32,000 nt of DNA from Raphidiopsis brookii D9 (lineage in GTDB: Bacteria > Cyanobacteriota > Cyanobacteriia > Cyanobacteriales > Nostocaceae), in contig ACYB01000047.1 of NCBI GenBank assembly GCA_000175855.1, positions 67,800 through 99,799 on the forward strand. Direction: 5' to 3'. Made by a program: the position numbers and the translations under genes. Under the pieces are notes generated by a model. The model searched no databases, was not told the DNA's origin, and saw only the letters and a program-made list of their open reading frames with translations. Below, in pieces: positions 26,782-32,000 of this stretch. Every line of letters begins with the position of its first letter. Within the stretch, counting starts at the first letter, position 1.

Positions 26782-29115
26782 ATGGAATTTTCAATCGCTA
26801 CACTCCTTGCCAATTTTACCGATGACAAATTGGTAGCTAGGAAGGTTCTGGAAAAAAAATTGGGTTGTGAAGATGAGGATAGTTTGGAAAAACTTCATAT
26901 TGCTCTGGAGGTGCTCGAAAAAGTTGGACTTTTAGTTAAAGACCGAGGTAAGTATCGCCGCATATCGGAGGAGGGGCTGATAGAAGCGAAGCTGCGCTGT
27001 TCCAGCAAGGGATTTTGTTTTGCTATCCAGGATCCCGAAGGTGCAGAGGATATTTACATTCGGGAAAGTCATCTTAGTCACGCTTGGAATGGAGACCGCG
27101 TATTAGTTCGGATCCTAAAGGAGGGAAGTCGTCGTCGTTCTCCTGAAGGTGAGGTAAAGTTGATTTTAGAGCGATCTAATCACACTTTATTGGCACGGAT
27201 TAAGCAAGTGGAAGGAGGTTTTCGTGCGGTACCTTTAGATGACCGATTGCTGTTTGAATTGAAATTGGTGAGCAGTGGAATTAATTTGCAAGACGCTATC
27301 GATCATCTGGCACATGTGGAGGTGATCCGCTATCCATTGGCACAATATCCCCCCCTGGGTCGGGTTGTACAAATTCTCGGCACGGATGCTGAAGCTGCTG
27401 CTGATATAGATTTAGTTACATGCAAACACGACTTATCCAGGAATTTTGCAGAAAATGTATTAGATGCAGCAGCTAGGTTACCGAAAAATCTCCTCAAGGC
27501 TAATTTGCGCGAGCGTCTGGATTTAAGGAGTGTATTTACTCTGTCCATAGAGGGGGTAGATGGGGATGGAGTGGTGGAAAATGCTTTTAGTCTGGAGAAA
27601 CATTCTGTCACCACTTGGCAATTAATGGTTCACATTACAGATTTGTCTGTCTATATCCACCCAGATGAAATGTTGGATCGGGAAGCTCTGAAACGGGGAA
27701 AAACTATTCACCTTGGCAATCTCATCTTACCCATGTTACCCCATACAGTAGCAGAGTGCTGTTCTTTGCTACCCGGTAGCGATCACCTGGCTTTGTCTTT
27801 CATCATCAATATTGATATTGAGAAGAGACAGATTACCGAGTGGGAAATTCAACCGAGTGTAGTCAATGTTGATACAAGTATTACCCGTGAACAGGCCCAG
27901 TTGTTCCTTGCAGGTGAGTCATCAGAGTTAACCCGGGTGATAGAGATGTTAAATGATTTAACATCTTTGGCTCAAATCATCAAGAAAGAGCGTTTATCTC
28001 GTGGTTGCTTAGAGCTCAATCTACCGCTTAGGTACAATCCCTACCATGATGAAGGTAGTATGGGGCAATTATTCCTGATGATTCACCACTGGGATCGGTT
28101 TTTGAGGGAATTAATCCTCATGGTTAATCAGTTAATGGCCCAACATCTGAGTGCTTTGGATGTTCCAGCACTTTGGCGTGTTCAGGGATCTCCCGATTCT
28201 CAAGATGTTCAGGAAATGCTAAAACTGGCAGTTAACTTGGGTGTGGAATTAATCATAGACCCTGAGTTGGAAATTCAATCTGTGGATTATCAACATTTAA
28301 CTGGTGTTTTTGCTGAATCCCCATCAGAACAGGTTTTGACTTACTTACTACAGGATACTCTAAAACCTGCTGTTTATAGCACTGTTAAAGCACCTCACTT
28401 TGGATTAGCATTACCAGCGTATATACACTTTAGCTCCCCTTTACGGCGCTATCCAGACCTAATTATGCAAAGAGTATATCATGCTGTTCTTGAGTATGGG
28501 CGCGATCGCCGTAATAGTCGTGTCAAAGAGCGGGTTAATCTACGTCATTCTTCTTCTCATCAAGAAATTAACTGGAATGTTTTACCTCCGGAACTACAAC
28601 AAGAGCTACAAACAGATTTAAACAGAATTATTGTCCAGATTAATGAGAGAGAGAAACAAGTTTATGATGCTGAAACTGATCTAGCTGGACTACAAAAAGC
28701 ACAGGTGATGAAACAGCGGATTAACCAAAATCTTCCTGGTGTGATTACTGGGGTTCAATCCTTACGGTTTTTTGTGGAAATAGAAGTTCCCCCAACGGAG
28801 GAAGTTAGTTCTCATTTGACCACCCCTTTACGGGTAGAGGGATTGGTTCACGTTAGTTCTCTCAAGGATGATTGGTATGAATACCGTGCTCGACAACAAG
28901 CCCTATTTGGTAGAAAAAACCGCGCTTCCTATCGCTTAGGAGATCAGGTCTTTGTACAAGTCAAAAGTGTAGACTACTATCGTCAACAAATTGATTTAGT
29001 CACTACTGGAGCAGATGGTAATATTAATGGTCTGGAAATAACCATTACTAATGATGACACATCAAATATCTACCTATCTGGTCAAACCCCACCCTTTGAT
29101 ATTGATATGGACTAA
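26782..29115 (+). CDS. RNase II/RNase R (RNB) family exoribonuclease homolog
   Basis: 777 aa; winged-helix N-terminus, cold-shock-like GFCFAIQDPEGAEDIYIRESHL, RNB features DREALKRGKTIHLGNLILPMLPHTVAE, YIHFSSPLRRYPDLIMQRV, C-terminal S1-like VEGLVHVSSLKDD. Confidence 0.9.
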   Translation: MEFSIATLLANFTDDKLVARKVLEKKLGCEDEDSLEKLHIALEVLEKVGLLVKDRGKYRRISEEGLIEAKLRCSSKGFCFAIQDPEGAEDIYIRESHLSHAWNGDRVLVRILKEGSRRRSPEGEVKLILERSNHTLLARIKQVEGGFRAVPLDDRLLFELKLVSSGINLQDAIDHLAHVEVIRYPLAQYPPLGRVVQILGTDAEAAADIDLVTCKHDLSRNFAENVLDAAARLPKNLLKANLRERLDLRSVFTLSIEGVDGDGVVENAFSLEKHSVTTWQLMVHITDLSVYIHPDEMLDREALKRGKTIHLGNLILPMLPHTVAECCSLLPGSDHLALSFIINIDIEKRQITEWEIQPSVVNVDTSITREQAQLFLAGESSELTRVIEMLNDLTSLAQIIKKERLSRGCLELNLPLRYNPYHDEGSMGQLFLMIHHWDRFLRELILMVNQLMAQHLSALDVPALWRVQGSPDSQDVQEMLKLAVNLGVELIIDPELEIQSVDYQHLTGVFAESPSEQVLTYLLQDTLKPAVYSTVKAPHFGLALPAYIHFSSPLRRYPDLIMQRVYHAVLEYGRDRRNSRVKERVNLRHSSSHQEINWNVLPPELQQELQTDLNRIIVQINEREKQVYDAETDLAGLQKAQVMKQRINQNLPGVITGVQSLRFFVEIEVPPTEEVSSHLTTPLRVEGLVHVSSLKDDWYEYRARQQALFGRKNRASYRLGDQVFVQVKSVDYYRQQIDLVTTGADGNINGLEITITNDDTSNIYLSGQTPPFDIDMD

Positions 29116-29176
29116 CTACTTGTGGATTAAAGTTAAAAGGCTAGGGGTTTAAGATAAATCTTTGTCCTAATGCCTT

Positions 29177-29881
29177 TTGACATTTATTAACCTTGCCCAA
29201 TTTTACCTGCTAACTTTTTTGAGAACCTTCGTGTCTAATCACATTGATAAAATTAATAATGGCGGCAATCATAGCAAACCCCTAATTATAGGAGTATCTG
29301 GAGCATCTGGTTTGATTTATGCTGTGCGCGCCCTCAAGTTTCTACTAGAATCCGATTATAGTATAGAACTAGTTGCCTCTAAATCTACTTATACAGTTTG
29401 GCAAGCAGAGCAAAACATCCGTATGCCTCCGGAAGCGATCGCTCAGGAGCAATTCTGGCGATCGCAAGCTGGTGTAAGCTCCATGGGAAAATTACGTTGT
29501 CATCCCTGGAGCGATGTAGGTGCTGGTATTGCTAGTGGTTCTTTTAGGAGCTTAGGGATGATTATTATTCCTTGTAGCATGAGTACGGTGGCTAAACTAG
29601 CGGTAGGTTTAAGTTCGGACTTGCTAGAAAGAGCAGCAGATGTACAAGTTAAGGAAGGACGTAAACTAGTAATTGTGCCCAGAGAAACCCCCTTGAGTTT
29701 GATTCACCTGCGGAATTTAACCACCCTAGCAGAAACTGGAGTTAGGGTTGTCCCCGCCATTCCTGCTTGGTATCATAATCCCAAGAGCATAGAGGATTTA
29801 GTGGATTTTGTGGTTGCTCGTGCTTTAGATCAATTAGACATTGATTGTATACCCATTAAGCGCTGGCAAGGTCATATTTAA
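29177..29881 (+). CDS. ubiX: Flavin prenyltransferase UbiX
   Basis: KPLIIGVSGASGLIYAVRALKFLL, MIIIPCSMSTVAKLAVGLSSDLLERAADVQVKEGRKLVIVPRETPLSLIHLRNL. The true start may be slightly downstream. Confidence 0.93.
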   Translation: MTFINLAQFYLLTFLRTFVSNHIDKINNGGNHSKPLIIGVSGASGLIYAVRALKFLLESDYSIELVASKSTYTVWQAEQNIRMPPEAIAQEQFWRSQAGVSSMGKLRCHPWSDVGAGIASGSFRSLGMIIIPCSMSTVAKLAVGLSSDLLERAADVQVKEGRKLVIVPRETPLSLIHLRNLTTLAETGVRVVPAIPAWYHNPKSIEDLVDFVVARALDQLDIDCIPIKRWQGHI

Positions 29882-29975
29882 AAAGTTGACAAGAGAGAAA
29901 ATGAGCTAGATAATAGTAGTAGGTAAATTTAAAGGTCAAATATTTCAAATATTTACGGACAACCGTATAGAGATT

Positions 29976-30131
29976 ATGAGTAACACCCCTGCAAACGAAT
30001 CAAAACCCAGCTATGTGAAGCTGGCAATGCGAAATATGGTCAGAAAAGGTGGCACGTCCCTCAAACATTTCGGACTAACTGCCATGGGACTGTTAGGTGT
30101 TTTGGTTGGTCTGGCATACCTCACTCGCTAA
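29976..30131 (+). CDS. DUF3285-like small membrane protein, 51 aa (absent from the supplied ORF track)
   Basis: My translation: MSNTPANESKPSYVKLAMRNMVRKGGTSLKHFGLTAMGLLGVLVGLAYLTR*. Confidence 0.8.
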   Translation: MSNTPANESKPSYVKLAMRNMVRKGGTSLKHFGLTAMGLLGVLVGLAYLTR

Positions 30132-30145
30132 ATAAAGGAAATTCT

Positions 30146-30670
30146 GTGTCCTCCCAAACCCAAGTACAGACTCAATTACAAGTTGAGTTGTTTGTTGAAA
30201 ATAGTTATCACTTGAACTTGACTAATCAAGTATCAGAAGAAAGATGGTATGTGTGGTTTAGCCAGTGGTTGAACCTACTTGCTGTCAAACTGCCAAGGGC
30301 TTTGAGTTATGAAATCGGATTGCAGTTAACCAATGATGCCCAAATTCAAGAATTGAATGCCCAATATCGTCAGAAAGACCAACCCACAGATGTTTTGGCC
30401 TTTGCTGCACTAGAGAATAATTTCCCCTACACCGAGGAAATGCTAGCCAGTCAACCCTTATATTTGGGTGATATTGTCATATCCATAGATACCGCCATTC
30501 GTCAAGCTCAGGAGCGGGAACATAATTTGACTACAGAGTTAGCTTGGTTGAGTGCCCATGGTTTATTACATCTTTTGGGCTGGGATCATCCTGATGAGCA
30601 AAGTTTAATAGAGATGTTAAACAAACAATCCATGCTGCTAAAATTAGTTGGCATTGTTAGCAGTATTTAA
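30146..30670 (+). CDS. ybeY: Endoribonuclease YbeY (rRNA maturation factor)
   Basis: LGDIVISIDTA and zinc motif HGLLHLLGWDH; GTG start 14 bp after the 51-aa ORF. Confidence 0.93.
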   Translation: MSSQTQVQTQLQVELFVENSYHLNLTNQVSEERWYVWFSQWLNLLAVKLPRALSYEIGLQLTNDAQIQELNAQYRQKDQPTDVLAFAALENNFPYTEEMLASQPLYLGDIVISIDTAIRQAQEREHNLTTELAWLSAHGLLHLLGWDHPDEQSLIEMLNKQSMLLKLVGIVSSI

Positions 30671-30847
30671 GTGGGTTACAACCAGTTTTCAACCGCGTTA
30701 AAAATCTCTGTCCAACAAGGTTAGATTGACAGTAATTCTGTCACAAATTGTTTAAAGTTATGACAAATTCAAATTAGTCCCTTAGAATGTGTTCAGTCTC
30801 CTCCCACCCATTCTGATTACACTTAATTTTTGAATCTCCAACATCCT

Positions 30848-31318
30848 ATGTTCCCTAAGAGTTCAATACCACCAACACCACCAAAGCGTTTACCAAAAAT
30901 TGTATCTTCGGAAAGGGAATTTTCTTGGCAAATAGCTTCTAACTTACTTGCCAGCTTTAAATACGCTTGGGCTGGTATCAGTTATGGTTTTCAGACCCAG
31001 CGTAACTTTAGGATTCATGTAGCTGCTTGTGCTTTTGTGATTGGTTTGAGTATTTTTCTGCATCTTAAACCAGTAGAAATAGCCATAATTAGCATTACAA
31101 GTGGTTTAGTTTTAACATTGGAGTTAGTTAATACAGCCATTGAGTCTCTGGTGGATTTAACTGTTAAGCAGACCTATCATGAATTGGCGAAAGTGGCCAA
31201 AGACTGTGCTGCTGGTGCTGTGCTTGTCTCAGCAATGGTATCACTAATAGTAGCAACTACACTATTACTTCCTCCTTTACTACGTTTAATCACAACTACA
31301 TTCTTATTAGAATGGTAG
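30848..31318 (+). CDS. dgkA: Diacylglycerol kinase family protein DgkA-like
   Basis: SFKYAWAGISYGFQTQRNFRIHVAACAFVIGLSIFL, ELVNTAIESLVDLT. Likely ATG at 30848. Confidence 0.88.
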   Translation: MFPKSSIPPTPPKRLPKIVSSEREFSWQIASNLLASFKYAWAGISYGFQTQRNFRIHVAACAFVIGLSIFLHLKPVEIAIISITSGLVLTLELVNTAIESLVDLTVKQTYHELAKVAKDCAAGAVLVSAMVSLIVATTLLLPPLLRLITTTFLLEW

Positions 31319-31340
31319 TTTTGGTCTTTTTAATTAACAA

Positions 31341-31943
31341 TTGTGGGTGCGAATTGTGATTATAGTCATTGATAATTACGATAGTTTTACATACAACTTG
31401 GTGCAGTATTTGGGGGAGCTGGCAGTGGAATTTCCCGCTGCTGCGGATCTAAAAGTTTTTCGTAACGATAAAATTACAGTGGAGGAAATGAGAGAATTAA
31501 AACCCCATGGACTAGTGATTTCTCCTGGTCCTGGTCGTCCTGAAGACGCGGGGATTTCTCTGGATGTAATTGAAAAGTTGGGTTCCAGCTTGCCAATTTT
31601 GGGTGTTTGTTTAGGTCATCAAAGTATTGGCAAAGTATTTGGGGGTAAAGTTGTTGCAGCAACAGAATTGATGCATGGTAAAACATCTCCAGTGCTTCAC
31701 AACAGTGTGGGAGTATTTCAAGGATTGGAAAATCCTATTACCGCTACAAGATATCATAGTTTAGTCATTGAGCGTGAAACCTGTCCCGATATATTAGAAA
31801 TTACTGCTTGGGTAGAAGATGGAACAATCATGGGAGTGCGACATAGGAATTATCCTCATATCCAAGGTGTGCAATTTCATCCAGAGAGTGTGTTAACCAT
31901 AGCTGGTAAGCAGTTACTGTCTAATTTTCTCCGGGAATTATGA
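31341..31943 (+). CDS. trpG: Anthranilate/aminodeoxychorismate synthase glutamine amidotransferase subunit
   Basis: [39 protein letters not shown] (Cys), GVQFHPES (His/Glu). The start may be a few codons downstream of 31341; trpG and pabA cannot be separated from sequence alone. Confidence 0.9.
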   Translation: MWVRIVIIVIDNYDSFTYNLVQYLGELAVEFPAAADLKVFRNDKITVEEMRELKPHGLVISPGPGRPEDAGISLDVIEKLGSSLPILGVCLGHQSIGKVFGGKVVAATELMHGKTSPVLHNSVGVFQGLENPITATRYHSLVIERETCPDILEITAWVEDGTIMGVRHRNYPHIQGVQFHPESVLTIAGKQLLSNFLREL

Positions 31944-32000
31944 TGGTAATTGACTACATATAATGGAAAGTGGCGATCAAGCGATCGCCCGAGGAATGTA

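Noticed and set aside
27330-27614. Minus-strand ORF inside the RNB gene
   Set aside because: Antisense shadow of a strongly supported CDS.

Overview
This 32 kb window reads as a cyanobacterial chromosome segment. It is probably from a filamentous Nostocales, perhaps Raphidiopsis/Cylindrospermopsis-like, but that genus guess is inference only. It carries 13 GCGATCGC (HIP1) octamers, many cyanobacteria-restricted families (DUF1997, DUF1350, DUF3285, DUF4079, DUF4330, a Psb32-like TPM protein, a CcmP-like tandem BMC shell protein), and mostly housekeeping genes: sdhA/frdA 3' end, glcD, moaC, queG, a WecG/TagA-family glycosyltransferase, plsX-fabH-fabD, clpP, an RNase II/R homolog, ubiX, ybeY, dgkA and trpG/pabA. 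I see no prophage, IS element, CRISPR array, toxin-antitoxin pair or defence island. No clear new multi-gene system is visible. The most notable items are: (i) a papain-like C1 protease fused through an acidic linker to a TerB-like domain; (ii) an RNase II/R homolog whose usual D-x-D-D catalytic motif reads V-V-E-N; (iii) a SpoIIE/PP2C response regulator whose metal-binding GGD motif is changed to GEI in a way that fits two compensating homopolymer indels; (iv) an ankyrin gene split by a +1/-1 indel pair and a DUF1350 gene split by a single-base loss in a homopolymer, which raises the question of decay versus assembly error; (v) a PD-(D/E)XK-like protein with an expanded 75-bp coding repeat; and (vi) a strong hairpin in the 568-bp gap upstream of the RNB gene. 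Family names come from sequence recognition, not from a search.
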